This document shows, one piece after another, positions 24,208 to 35,800 of a stretch of 64,000 nt of DNA. This DNA comes from Haplodiscus bocki. Its lineage: Eukaryota. Numbering within the stretch: position 1 is the first letter of the stretch; each line of letters opens with the position of its first letter. Position numbers and translations under genes: made by a program. Where the stretch lies: assembly GCA_965655095.1 (NCBI GenBank), contig OZ296655.1, positions 14,446,001 through 14,510,000 of the forward strand, written 5' to 3'. Below the pieces are notes generated by a model. The model worked only from the letters and a program-made list of their open reading frames with translations. It had not been told where the DNA came from and made no database searches.

Positions 24208-25850
24208 TGTCAGAAGTCTTTTCTGGGCGTGATTCCTGTAACGATTGGCTCAAGGAGACTCCGATTTCGGAATGAGGATCATTCTGGGAGCAGTCCTCAC
24301 TCGTTACTTGGTTTCCTCTGCTTGATTTCCGGAATGTCTTCGGAATGGGTTCGGATTGTCGGAGTTAACTTGGGCTTGTGGGCTCAGAAAAAAGTCATCC
24401 AGTAGTGATAAAGCACCCAAAGTGCGGCGCCTTTCCATGCTTTTGAACTCCAGAGAAAATTTCCGTGTCACTCTACCCTCAGTTTCGTCCGACACCGGAG
24501 TGATGTGATCTTTCTGTTTCCTGAGAGAGTTTTTATTTTTTTTTGGAGCCTGTTTTTGCTTAAGATAATCTTCATGATTATCCTTGTTGATGGCAGCTAA
24601 ATGTTTTCTTCAGGGTTTTCATCTTTGCAGAAAGCAAAATATTCAGCACTGTCCTAAGACTGTTAATTAAAGTCTTTTGATAACAGTTGGGATAATTGAA
24701 TAGTCAGGCTTTCTGGACTACAGTTTTCGAATCATATCGTCAATATGTTTTTTTTAAATCTGCGTATTTCCTTTTCTCCGATTTTTGCTTTTTCATTCGC
24801 AGGGAACATAAATGTTTACACGCCAAGTCGAAGAACAATGAGGGAAAAGTACTTGCATTATTGAAAATCAAAGTGGATTTGCCAACTCTTCCGGGAGAAA
24901 AAGCTTTTCCATCCATCTTTTTCCTCATATGACGCGTCCTTCCCACCTTTTGACACAAAATTGATTGACCTATTCTGTCAGAGAAGGACATCTAATTAAT
25001 TATTCCCGCGCGGACGTTTCGTTTACAAGCACAATAAAGTAATAATGTATAAACCAGAGTTAGAAAAAATGAAAACTTCCTTTATAGGGAAACTGAAAAG
25101 ATTATAAAAATTAGAATAGCATGTATGGAAAAATTATAATGATAGTCATTATAGAATTTTCATAGTATTCCATGCATACTTAATTTTTCTTCCAATCAGT
25201 AGTTTTTGCCTTCAGAAATGAGGAGAAACTACTAGTAATACTAGTTCATTTCTCGTTCAGACGAGTAGCTACTAGTATGTTCCGCAGAATTTCCGTATTC
25301 ACTAGTAGTAGCAGTCAAATCAGGCAGTTTATGCTCAAATGAGGAGTGACTCCGGAGTCACTCCGTCTTCAGTAGAGCACTGCGGTACAGCCTAGTGATT
25401 GGAATAATTGTGACTTCACCAGACTAGTAGAGACAGAACACGTACAGAACAAACATGCACTCTTAGAGTCATTCACGTTTTACTGCCGTGGCATTTACCT
25501 TTTTATTTGACAGCGTCAATTTGATAAGACCTTAGCATAGTAAATCAATTTAGTTACCGATAGGTGGTGGATATATATCAATTAAAGTAAATAACTTAAT
25601 ACAAATTCAGCATCTTTTAGATTGGAAAGCTCTGTGAAGATCTGTTGGTCCCGTAACGGTTCCGTTTTAGTCTTGATCAGTGCACTAGGGTGGTCCGTAT
25701 ATTATACGGATCAGTAACATGGAAATTAGCAGAAACATGAAACATGAATTTTATTCTGTATGTTTACAGTTCATTAATTCCCTTAATGGTCTGGGAATGA
25801 TGTTTTTCTCTGCAGATTTTGTCCGCAGGCTTCACAGATGTGCTGCGACA
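24208..25850 (-). mobile_element. LTR of the same Gypsy family, probably an independent solo LTR
   Basis: The minus strand reads TGTCGCAGCAC...CTTCTGACA. Flanks GTTGC (24203-24207) and GTTGT (25851-25855) match 4/5. No PBS follows. Confidence 0.85.
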
Positions 25851-26419
25851 GTTGTCAAAGTATCAACATTAATGAAGCCGTTGCCTTTACCAGCAAAAGC
25901 AGTAAACATAACGGTGGAGCGGCGTGTGTGAAGCTAACCCACATTTTCTTTATCTGATTTGTATCAGGTTTTCTGGGAAAAACAGGATGACTCAACTACA
26001 AAAATACAGAAACCACAGCCCTAACTTTTAGTTAAACATTGAATTTAGCTTTAATGGCATGTAACTTTACCTATAGTTAGAACTAAAGTTAGAAGGTAAA
26101 ACACTGAAAAGTTTTTCAGTACAAGAAGAAACGATTGCCTTTCCAAGTACACTGCCCTCTACATTCCAAAACATTTTATTTTTTAAGTTTTGAAGAAATT
26201 TAGTGTTTTTTTAAAGTTTAAATGCAGAGTTGTGGTAAATTTTCTTAAAATCGGGAACTAAAACGCCGATTTTTTGCATGCGAACCACTTCCATTTCTTA
26301 GAGCACTATTACGAAACATCAGATATCTTCCTTACCGGGTCGAATATTGGGCCGAAAATTTCTGGTATAGGAGCGCTAATTGCAGTCAAAATTAGCCAAA
26401 GAAGCCATTTTCAACAAGA

Positions 26420-27190
26420 AAAAAAGAAACGGTAACGGCGCGTAACCGGGAAAACAGCGGCGTTAACGGCGGCGTTTAATCGGAAAAATGGCGCGGTAAT
26501 ATCCGCTGCTATACTAGAAAAATACTTGCGTTTTTTCCGCTGTTATACCGGTAATTTATCTGCGAAGTTTTAACGCTGGTATCCCGGAAAAAATTGGTAA
26601 TCATTTTCTCAGACTTCATTCTCGCATTGTGTGGAAACTTCTCATCTTCCAGCTTGAAATCAGCCAGGGCGAACATCAGCGTCTTACAACGAAGAACTAT
26701 GGCATCAACAACCGGAACATCAAAATGTGAAACGAACTAAAACATTGCAAGAATTAAAACTGTCGGAAATTGGGCAAACCTCGAAGTGAAAAGTCACGTT
26801 TTCACATGTTGATTTTTTGTGTAGTTTCTGCTGGCCGTGCCATGGTCATTGACACTGGCTGGGCTGCCACATGCAGGCGCAAAATCAAAGCCCCATCGGT
26901 CTCCCGCGTTTTCCAGGAAATACGCTCTGAGAGCCTCGCAATTCTTTGTCGAAAAAAATTTGGTTGACCATGTGTTTTTCATTCTTCACGGAGTGAGAAA
27001 TTTCGATTTTTTTTGGACAGATGTTTCTTCTGGTATAATGGCGTTCAACTGAAACGCTAAAGGCTTTAACGGCGGTCTTTGTTGGTATAAAGACTATGAC
27101 GGCGTTTTTCTCAGATAGTTAGCGGCGTTAGTGGCGTTTACGGCACTGTACCGGAAAACAATCAGCGTAGTCTCGAAGAAGTTCGACCCG
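26420..27190. repeat. Degenerate MITE-like element with clusters of short GC-rich subterminal repeats
   Basis: Repeated TAACGGCGGCGTT- and ACCGGAAAA-like motifs are clustered at 26430-26590 and 27030-27165, around a non-repetitive core. Exact ends were not resolved. Confidence 0.4.
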
Positions 27191-29767
27191 GGTTTTCGAA
27201 TTGCAGATGAGGTAGCTTGAACCTTTCAAGTGACTTTAATTCACTTTCGAGCAGTTTGATTGTATCGTCACTTGGGGTTGCTAGTATTCCTGCATGCATT
27301 TTGCGGACAAATATGCATAACTTCTAAGTTCACACTTAGTCGTGAATTACCTGCTAACTTCAGGAACAATTATTTCCTGATTTTTTTAAACCGCTTGTTT
27401 TCTTTACGGTGTGGTTACTGCGTTGTCGTGACGATAGAAAAAATCTATATGTTTTTGATGGTAAGCCGACCTCACGTTGCGCCTGTAAAACGCTCAGTTT
27501 TAAAGGAAGCGGCCGCTGGTTTTTTTCAAACTGTATGCTCTCCACTACTTGAGTTGATCCATTTTCTCAATGTTTTTTTGGTTCCGGGTTCCTTCGACCA
27601 ATTAGATGAATGGCGCGAGACGTTACAGCCCTTTTGCGCGCAAACAATCTATGAATTTCACAGCTGTTAGCCAAGAATAGAAAAAAAATTTATTTCACAA
27701 AAAATCACGCGAAATCCAAAATGAAAGTTTGGACCCCACCTCGGTGGACAAATAGAGGATTTTGTCCCAAACGATTTGTTTCTATTCCTTCACATTTTAC
27801 TGGGCAGAAAAAATGCAAGAATGAAATTAATTATGTTGTTTAGACAATTCTTCTTTTTCCTAGTCATGACTATGAAAAATTTTCACGATTGTTCATTTTT
27901 CTTTCAAAAACAGACAATCAAGCAACTTGTAAGTCATTTTTGGCAAAACGCTTCATGATTTCTCACCTCTAATGTTCGCGCTCGGACAGAATCCGGTTTA
28001 CAAAGCAACTTGGTTTTTGCAGACAAGGAGTTATCAGAGCGCATGCATTAATATGACATGGATTGTAGTTCTAAATTAGAGCTTTCGTATGTTTATATGT
28101 CCATTGCGTTATTTGTTAGTTTAGGAGATCAAATTGACGTCCTAACAAATATATTTAGCGGGTGGTACATTAAATGCAAAGAAAGTCGTCCTTGCTGTAG
28201 TTGTCAAGGGGGTCGTAGTTTTTTGCACCGGATCAAGAACTCTTACAGACGGCGTTGTAGTTTTCGTAGCTGGGTCATTTGAGCAACTGCTTGTGCCTGA
28301 CTTCGTTTGTTTATCTATAAATGGGCTTTCACACAGTAACAACATTGGGTGGGTTGTTCACATCTCAGAGTTCATAGCAATTGTTGTTTTCAGGCACACC
28401 CAACCGGCCAGAGTTTGCGAATGAGGTGCAAGGAGAACATTGATGAATTCAGACTGACTTGTGTTGCTGCCACAGTAGTTTTACATGGTACCGTTGTTTT
28501 TAGTGTCTGATTCCCGCGCCTTTTTTTTAATATATGAATCAATACCTAAAAATTGAGCGTATTGAAGCCATTAAATGTTTTCGCAGGCATTTAGATACAT
28601 AATAACTGAAGAAAAAATTGGTCACAATAACAAGTCACCCACCTCCGGTATCGTTTTGTGAACGGAAGTAGCAATTATAGGCCGATAAGTTCTTCTGCTT
28701 ATATCGCTTTCAGCATGAAACGGACATTAATTTTGTGCGCAATTTTGGGTCGTTCTAGCACTTAAAGCCGCGTCTAATGTGGACCGCTTTATCATCATTC
28801 TGTTTTTAGCTGCAACAATAATTCAAAAACTGCCTGTTCGAAAACGTTTTTGTCCGTTGTGTCAAAGTTTGGACAGAAGTTACCACAGCAGCACTATTTT
28901 ATGCTCGTTCAGCTCAAAACTGTGCTCTAGTCAATCTCTATGATTGCTGCCACAGCTCCTGAAATACGTATTACCCAGAAAAAATGACTTTTGTGAGAAT
29001 TTTTCACGACTTTTGACCTAAACCGTTTGCCTAAATTTGAAAGCGGGTAAGGTTAGCGGGCTACTCGAAAATCACATGGAATGAGTTATTGAAGGGCCTG
29101 TTTCCATGAAAAACGGATACTTTTGCTGAAAGTGAGTTTTCATTTGGTACCCTTTTCGCGATGACAGCTTTTATCTCAAAGTTCCTGGCCGTTATGTTTT
29201 TTTGCCAGGTCAAATGATTGAAGTTGGCGCCAATCAGTTGGATTTTGTTGGTTATAAATGAGATCGGGAAACGTTGCTGAAGTTGCAGTCGTTTCATGGG
29301 AAGGTCCTATTTTTGTCTACCTCATTCCCCGCGCTTTATGTTGCCTCGGTTCAGGAACCATCACTACTCTGAAATGTGTTTTTGCCTGGAAGGAGATTTT
29401 GAAGCACTTGCATGCGTCTGGCATGAAGTGTAGCTTTTTGAAGAATTTCACGCAAGAGTTGAGTAACTAGATTGTCCCCTGGAAGACATCGACTTTTATG
29501 TTGGCTTCTACAGTTAGAAGAGGCAACGCCTGCCGAATGGGTGCTGGAATTGAACTTGACTTGTTTTTTTACCGGAGTGCTGGCAAGTGGTCCTAAGGCT
29601 GTTAGAGTGAGATCTCCTCCGTGGAAAATGTTAAACTTTACATTGATCTTTCCTGCATAAAAAGTAACGCGAGCATTCAGAGCGTTGATATTGAAGTACA
29701 AAATCTGTCAGGTTTTCCAAAGACATTGTCAGGACAACCACTTCTTGCAATGTTACGTGCCCCAAAA

Positions 29768-32090
29768 CGAAAAACCAAATCGATTTCTTTCTTATAAAAA
29801 GAAGATGGCGCACAGCCATAAACGACATCCGCACTCGCAAGGACAACCTGCTCATTGATAGCGACCACCAGATGCTTAAGTGCAAGATCAAATCCAAGCT
29901 GAAGACATACACAAAGTCTTACAAAGCCCAACGGTTCAACATTGAAGGCCTTCAACACCCTGCCACGGCCAGACAGTACTGTCAGGAGCTACGTAAAACC
30001 GCTCAAGCGCTTCCGCACGACAGTACCGTGAACAAAAAATGGGAGTATATAAGAGACGCTATGATCAAAACTGCTAAAACGACCATCGGCAAGACTCAAA
30101 CCAAAAGTAAACCCTGGATTTCTCAGGAGACTCTCAATGCAATTAAACATAGAGAGAGCCTCAAAAACAAGGGTGCGCCGCGCAACAAGATTAAAGAACA
30201 GAGGAAGCACATCAAGAAGCTTCTCAGGAGAGACAAAAACAAATACATTGACGACAAAACTGCCGACATCGAAATGGCTAATGAGAAAGGGCACACCAGG
30301 GAAATGTACCGGCTGATCCGAACACTTGGAGGCTGTAAAAAGCATGCTTCGGAAACAATTAAAGACTCTAGCGGTCAGCGAATTTCCGATACCAGGAAAA
30401 TCATGGAAAGATGGGCAGAGCACTTTGTCGAACTGCTCAACGCTGATACTAGCTCCACTCCATTACTCAAACGATTCACCCCACCCGTGGTCTTAGCAGA
30501 AATAGATACCGAAGCTCCAACCAAAAATGAGATTACCCACGCTTTGAGAGAACTTCAGAATCGTCGTGCTGGAGGATGCGACGGCATCCCGCCCGAGTTG
30601 TACAAAGAAGGCGGCGAGGCTCTCATTGACATGCTGAAATCCCTTCTCGATGACATCTGGGACAGTGAACAAATTCCGGATGAATGGCGGACTTCTGTAC
30701 TTCTTCCTTTCCACAAGAAAGGCGACACGCAGATTTGTAGTAATTACCGTGGCATCTCTCTGCTCTGTATAGGCTTCAAACTCCTCGAAACTATCCTTCT
30801 GGCTAGACTCACAGAAGCCTACGAACCTGCTGCTCGAGACAATCAGGCGGGGTTCAGAAAAAAGAGAGGATGCCGAGACCAAGTTTTCGCGCTTCGACAA
30901 ATTTTGGAGCAACGAAGTGAATTCAACAGATCTACAGTTATGACGTTCATCGATTTCAAGGCGGCGTTTGATAGCGTAAACCGCAATGCGATTTGGCAAA
31001 TCTTCGAACGCCTAGGCATGTCACAAAAGATCGCCAACATCATCAGAAATATGTATACCGATACGAATAGCATCGTGAAGATGAATAACAACCTCTCCGA
31101 CCCCTTTCCGGTGAGCTCGGGTGTGCGCCAAGGCGGTGTTCTGTCACCTTTCTTATTTAATCTTCTGATCGACTGGGTTATGCATACAGCCACTGAGGGC
31201 ACCAATCACGGAATACAGCTTGAAACTCTCATTACCGACCTTGACTACGCTCACGATATCTGTCTCTTGGAAGACAACAGCGCTGATGCCCAGGCCCTCC
31301 TCGATAGGGTCCTTTCTGCCGCGGTCGAAGTTGGTCTCAAAATCAACGCCGGGAAGACGAAACGTATGCTCTCCAGACTAGAGCCGTCTTCGATTTACTG
31401 TAACGGCTGTGCCCTTGACAACGTGGCAGAATTCGATTACCTAGGCAGTCGCATCTCTCACAATGGTGACATCTCCAGTGAGATCCAGCATAGAATTACC
31501 CGTGCAACTGCTAATGCCTGCCAGCTCAACAAATTCTGGAGCAATAGAGATATCACTATCAAAACCAAGAGCAAAGTGTATAAAGCCTGTGTTCGTAGCG
31601 CCCTCCTGTACGGAGCAGAGACCTGGACCCTAAGGAAAGCTGATCTCTCCCGACTGGACGCATTCGAGAACAGATGTGCTAGAAAATTCTTTGGAGGTAA
31701 AACTGAACTCAGATGTTCGACCATCAGAAGCATGGCACACCTGGGTGGCTTACTGGATCCACTCCTCCGGCAGATGCGCCTGAAATGGTGCAGGCATGTG
31801 TTCCGGATGACAGAGGACAGAGTCACCAGAGAGGCATTGATGTTCGACAAGGCTACATCTTGGAAGCGCCCACCAGGGGGAATGAGAAAGACCTGGAGAA
31901 CTACTGTGGCAGAAGATCTGGAGCCCATTCTGAAACCCCCACGGATGAGATCCGATATTTGGAAGAGGAAGTGGAAGGATACCTGCAGTGAAATTGCGAC
32001 GGACAGGCCGAGATGGCGAGCAGTTGTCCGGGACGCGGTATCGGTGGCTGGCAATGGGCAGACATGCCTCTAGCCATGATGATGATGATG
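29768..32090 (+). mobile_element. Young 5'-truncated RTE-clade non-LTR retrotransposon
   Basis: Perfect 19-bp TSD AATGTTACGTGCCCCAAAA at 29749-29767 and 32091-32109. The 3' end is the stop codon plus CC plus (ATG)5. The short UTR and short-repeat tail are typical of RTE. Confidence 0.95.
29770..32073 (+). CDS. RTE ORF: C-terminal end of the AP endonuclease plus reverse transcriptase (5'-partial; catalytic YADD reads YAHD)
   Basis: The frame is open from 29770 (KNQIDFFLI...DSDHQM, the APE C-terminal motifs). RT motifs: GCDGIPPELYK, KKGDTQICSNYRGISLL, QAGFR, FIDFKAAFDSV, GVRQGGVLSPFLF, LDYAHDI, FDYLGS, LLYGAETW. Confidence 0.95.
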   Translation, partial: KNQIDFFLIKRRWRTAINDIRTRKDNLLIDSDHQMLKCKIKSKLKTYTKSYKAQRFNIEGLQHPATARQYCQELRKTAQALPHDSTVNKKWEYIRDAMIKTAKTTIGKTQTKSKPWISQETLNAIKHRESLKNKGAPRNKIKEQRKHIKKLLRRDKNKYIDDKTADIEMANEKGHTREMYRLIRTLGGCKKHASETIKDSSGQRISDTRKIMERWAEHFVELLNADTSSTPLLKRFTPPVVLAEIDTEAPTKNEITHALRELQNRRAGGCDGIPPELYKEGGEALIDMLKSLLDDIWDSEQIPDEWRTSVLLPFHKKGDTQICSNYRGISLLCIGFKLLETILLARLTEAYEPAARDNQAGFRKKRGCRDQVFALRQILEQRSEFNRSTVMTFIDFKAAFDSVNRNAIWQIFERLGMSQKIANIIRNMYTDTNSIVKMNNNLSDPFPVSSGVRQGGVLSPFLFNLLIDWVMHTATEGTNHGIQLETLITDLDYAHDICLLEDNSADAQALLDRVLSAAVEVGLKINAGKTKRMLSRLEPSSIYCNGCALDNVAEFDYLGSRISHNGDISSEIQHRITRATANACQLNKFWSNRDITIKTKSKVYKACVRSALLYGAETWTLRKADLSRLDAFENRCARKFFGGKTELRCSTIRSMAHLGGLLDPLLRQMRLKWCRHVFRMTEDRVTREALMFDKATSWKRPPGGMRKTWRTTVAEDLEPILKPPRMRSDIWKRKWKDTCSEIATDRPRWRAVVRDAVSVAGNGQTCL

Positions 32091-32899
32091 AATGTTACGT
32101 GCCCCAAAAGAGCAACTTGTGCCATTAGATAGGTTCTCCTGAATTTTCCTTCAAATTTATAAAGCAATGAAGACATCTGCAGATTTGGTTTCACCCAGTA
32201 GCTTACGTCTTCAAAGGAACACTACAGATTAGGGCATATATGCACACCTTGCCATTGCTTCACCCCAGTGACACAACTACCTCTTTCCGCTCACGCAAGT
32301 GTCTTCGAACCTCGTACTTCGTCCTGGTGTAACTGCTCGTGACGGTTTCTGAACTTGAACGTTTATCGCTTTTGTTGAGTCTGGTTGAATGAAAAAGCCC
32401 ACAGTTCTGATCCATTGACATGGTTTTGTAGGCGGACTAGAGACGCCGGGTTGTGCCAACCAATCAAATGAAATGCCAGCTTGTCGTTACATCGCTTTTT
32501 CGCTGTTTCAGCTGAACTGTAACCCATTAGATAGCGGTTTCACCACTTTCGTCACATTTTCAACCAATTTCGAAAATTATCGCAAGTGGGTTCGAATGGG
32601 GTGCAAAAATCTACCGCTTCTGACTCCAGACAGCCTTCGCATCTGCTGGTGCGAACCTTATGAAATCTGCTGTTTCTTTGATTTACTTCGAGTCATAATG
32701 GCTCTAGCATACTCTTCTTCTTTTGGCACCGTTTGTACGTTCGTTTAAAAAATTTTGTCGGCTAAAAAATTACTCATGTACCGCGCCATCACTACCTAGG
32801 TGGCCAGGAAATTATCCTTCTAAGACTTCAGGGAGGTTTTTATGGTAAAACTACAAACTATGACAAAACTAAGAATATACGATAGTATGGTAAAAATAC

Positions 32900-35800
32900 A
32901 TTACACTGCATTGGGGTATGGAAAGCCGATCTTGCACTCTACACAACAGAAATTTTTTATTGATTGCATGAAGCCCCAAATAGGATTAAACAGACTTTGA
33001 TATGAGAGAAAAACCCTTTCATAAGGTAATAAGATTTGGTGGAAAGATCGTGGCTTTTGCCCTGTTCTCGCACTGTCCTCGGCCCAGTTCCACATAGGTG
33101 GGATGCAAGTTGCCACAGTTTTTTACATGTGGCTGAAGAATTGCAACGAAATACAATATTTTTAGTTCCGTAGCCTTCTGCAAAGATGTGAATGTTCAAT
33201 CTGAATTTGACTGGGAGTAACAACAAAATGGGAAACTGTCCGACGGAACAAAGTTTTTGCCAGTTTGTTGAAAAAAATCGACGGGAATTACGGGATAAGA
33301 TGACCGTTCTGACAATGTTTCAAAACAAGGACCTTCATGGAAAAAGATGTTTCTGCGTCCAATAACGCAAAAAATTGTTACAAAGGTTCTGCGTGGGCAT
33401 TTTTCAACATCATGACCTTTTTCCTGTCGGCAGAGGTTATAGTTTAGGCGAAGTGTAATTGCTGCAACCATGGTATGACTCATGAACATTGAAATTTCCC
33501 AATGTTTGCCAGATTAGCGTAGACTTGAGGAAAGAGCAACTGGTTCTGATCATATTAAAAACAACTGAATGGTCAGTTTTTATTTGGGTTACTATTTTGT
33601 AGCACTGAACTTATGTTCGTGACAAATAACTGGATTATTGATGCATATATTCTTCTCACTACAGAGACAACCATTTGATACCATTGATTGAGAACTGTTT
33701 CTTGTCTCACGGTGGGAGCAATTGTGGTACTTCAACGACACACCTATTCCATCCTTTTCCACTTCAAAAATTTCATGGATGCCTTCTGCCGACAGTTTAC
33801 TGTTTTTTGTTGCTGAGTATCAAACTTATCGAAGTTTTTCAGGTTGCAGAATGTAAAATTTTGCCACGGCGATTTCAGGATCAACATTTTGGGATAAGGT
33901 TGGTCATTCAACAAACCTCTTAAAAAGATCATAGGCTGCTCAAGTTGCTCACGCGTCGGGCATTTCAAACGCTGTTTACGAAGCTGTTTTCTTTCGGACA
34001 GGATTGGCAAACATCAGTAGTTAGTTTTCCCGTTCATTGTGACACCCACGCTTGCAGGTTACTTCGAGGGACGCAAGGTTTCGATGGACTTGTATAATTT
34101 TACAGGCATCAATCAAAACAGCTCTGGAGTGTGAATCCAAGCGAAAAATTTTGTTTTCAATTGACTGTTTTCATGTAAAAATCTTCAACAGTTCGAACTC
34201 TAAGTGAGAGAAAATCGAAGAAATTGACCAAACTTTGAACTGTTGGCGTACCTCTGGTTTCTCAGAAGCCAGGTTTTCATCAGTTTTTGTTCTTCAGCCA
34301 ATCAAGTCGAATAATTTGAAAATTTGCCTCTTTTTGCTGGCTGTGAGCAAATCTTTGAAAACGCTGGCCAATTCGAAACTGAGTTTTGCAACTGAACTTT
34401 GCTTTGATTTTGTATCCAAATCCCATTGGAATCACAGGGTAACTTTTTGCATTCGTGGTTCAATTGTTTTACTTTGATACTTTATGGAATCACGAAAGTA
34501 AACACTTTACTCGATAACTGAAAGTTATTTACATTCAATTTTGCCAAGACTGGTTTCCAGGTTTATCTGGAGCAACATTAGAAGTAGCAGTTTTGAATAA
34601 ATTGCGAGGTTGTTTCAAAAATTTGGTCTGGAGAGGGCGGTAATTTTTCGTTTAGCAATTGTTGCAAAAAATTTTTAAAAATTGTCTGAGTTGGAAACAA
34701 TGTATAGGGTTTTTAAGATATCAAATTGATCTTTATGTTTGCTGAGTACCCCACTGAGAGTGAGCACTTTTAATTCCTAAGGTCTGAATCAGAAATTCAG
34801 TTGTTTTTGTAGATTTGACGGATGTTTTTCAAGTTTTACGATTTTGTTGTGCTGGTTGCTCAGCAACCGTCGGCGTGATTTCTCAATTGGATTGTTGTTT
34901 TTTGCGAGACGAATGTTTGTGATCTGATTACCCAGCACCTGCACGTCCGACAAGGTGGTCTGTTAACATGAAGAGATAGTGGCTGCCTTGTTCACTGGTG
35001 CAACAAGTTTCGAAATAAACATGTTCCATTTTCTGTTAGCAGCAGAAATTTGAAAATTGTTCATTTGAAATCATACAAAACACCCGGCTACCTCCCGGAA
35101 AAATTGCGCCCTCCAACGTTGTTGAAGATGCTTTTTTAGGAGCATGAAAGTGTTTTTTTTTTCAAAATACTCTGTTTCCTCATCAAAATTTCTAACTTTT
35201 CCAACTATAAATTTTTTCTGACTTTTGCCAAAAAAACACCAAAAACAAAGTGGAAAGGGATTTGCGAGAAAAATATCCTTTTGAGACGCATTCTAGATAA
35301 GGTTTGCACTTTGAAAAGAATGAGACCGAAAAAATAAGCTTTCGCAAACCGTTCCAAAATTGGGTTTTCTTTAAAGTAAATAACGCGTTTTCCGAGAAAA
35401 ATTTTCTTGAAGTTTTCTTAAATCGCTAGAAGCAACAAATTTGCAGTAGAATGCGACTGGAACTGTAAGAATTCTCAAAACTTTCATTTTTGAAAAATTT
35501 CATTGTTTTTTTTAAACCCATCTTCTTAGAAGAAAAACCTAGGTTTTTAATTTTTTGAGAAACCCTACTTCTTTAGTCGCATTCTACAATCAATTTGCTT
35601 ACTTTAGTGATTTTGAAACATTCAAAAATATTTTCGAGAAAACCTATATATTTCTGTAAAAATCCCCAAATTTTGATCATTTTGAGAAAACTTACTGTTT
35701 TAGTCGCATTTTACTGCAGATTTGCTACAATTTGATGAAAAAAACTCAGAAACGTGAATAACCGATGTCGGCTCGTTTACGAAAGCTCAATTAGCAAACA

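Noticed and set aside
28950-29297. ORF 29061-29297 as a protein
   Set aside because: The DNA looks like non-coding transposon sub-terminal sequence, with no support for coding.
29989-32054. Minus-strand ORFs of 120-198 aa within the RTE
   Set aside because: These are shadow ORFs of the intact, GC-richer RTE frame.
32791-32810. Possible seventh att-like site (ACCTAGGTGGCCAGGA) at the left end of copy A
   Set aside because: The match is partial and the flanks do not clearly align to the other sites; worth re-testing with a PWM.
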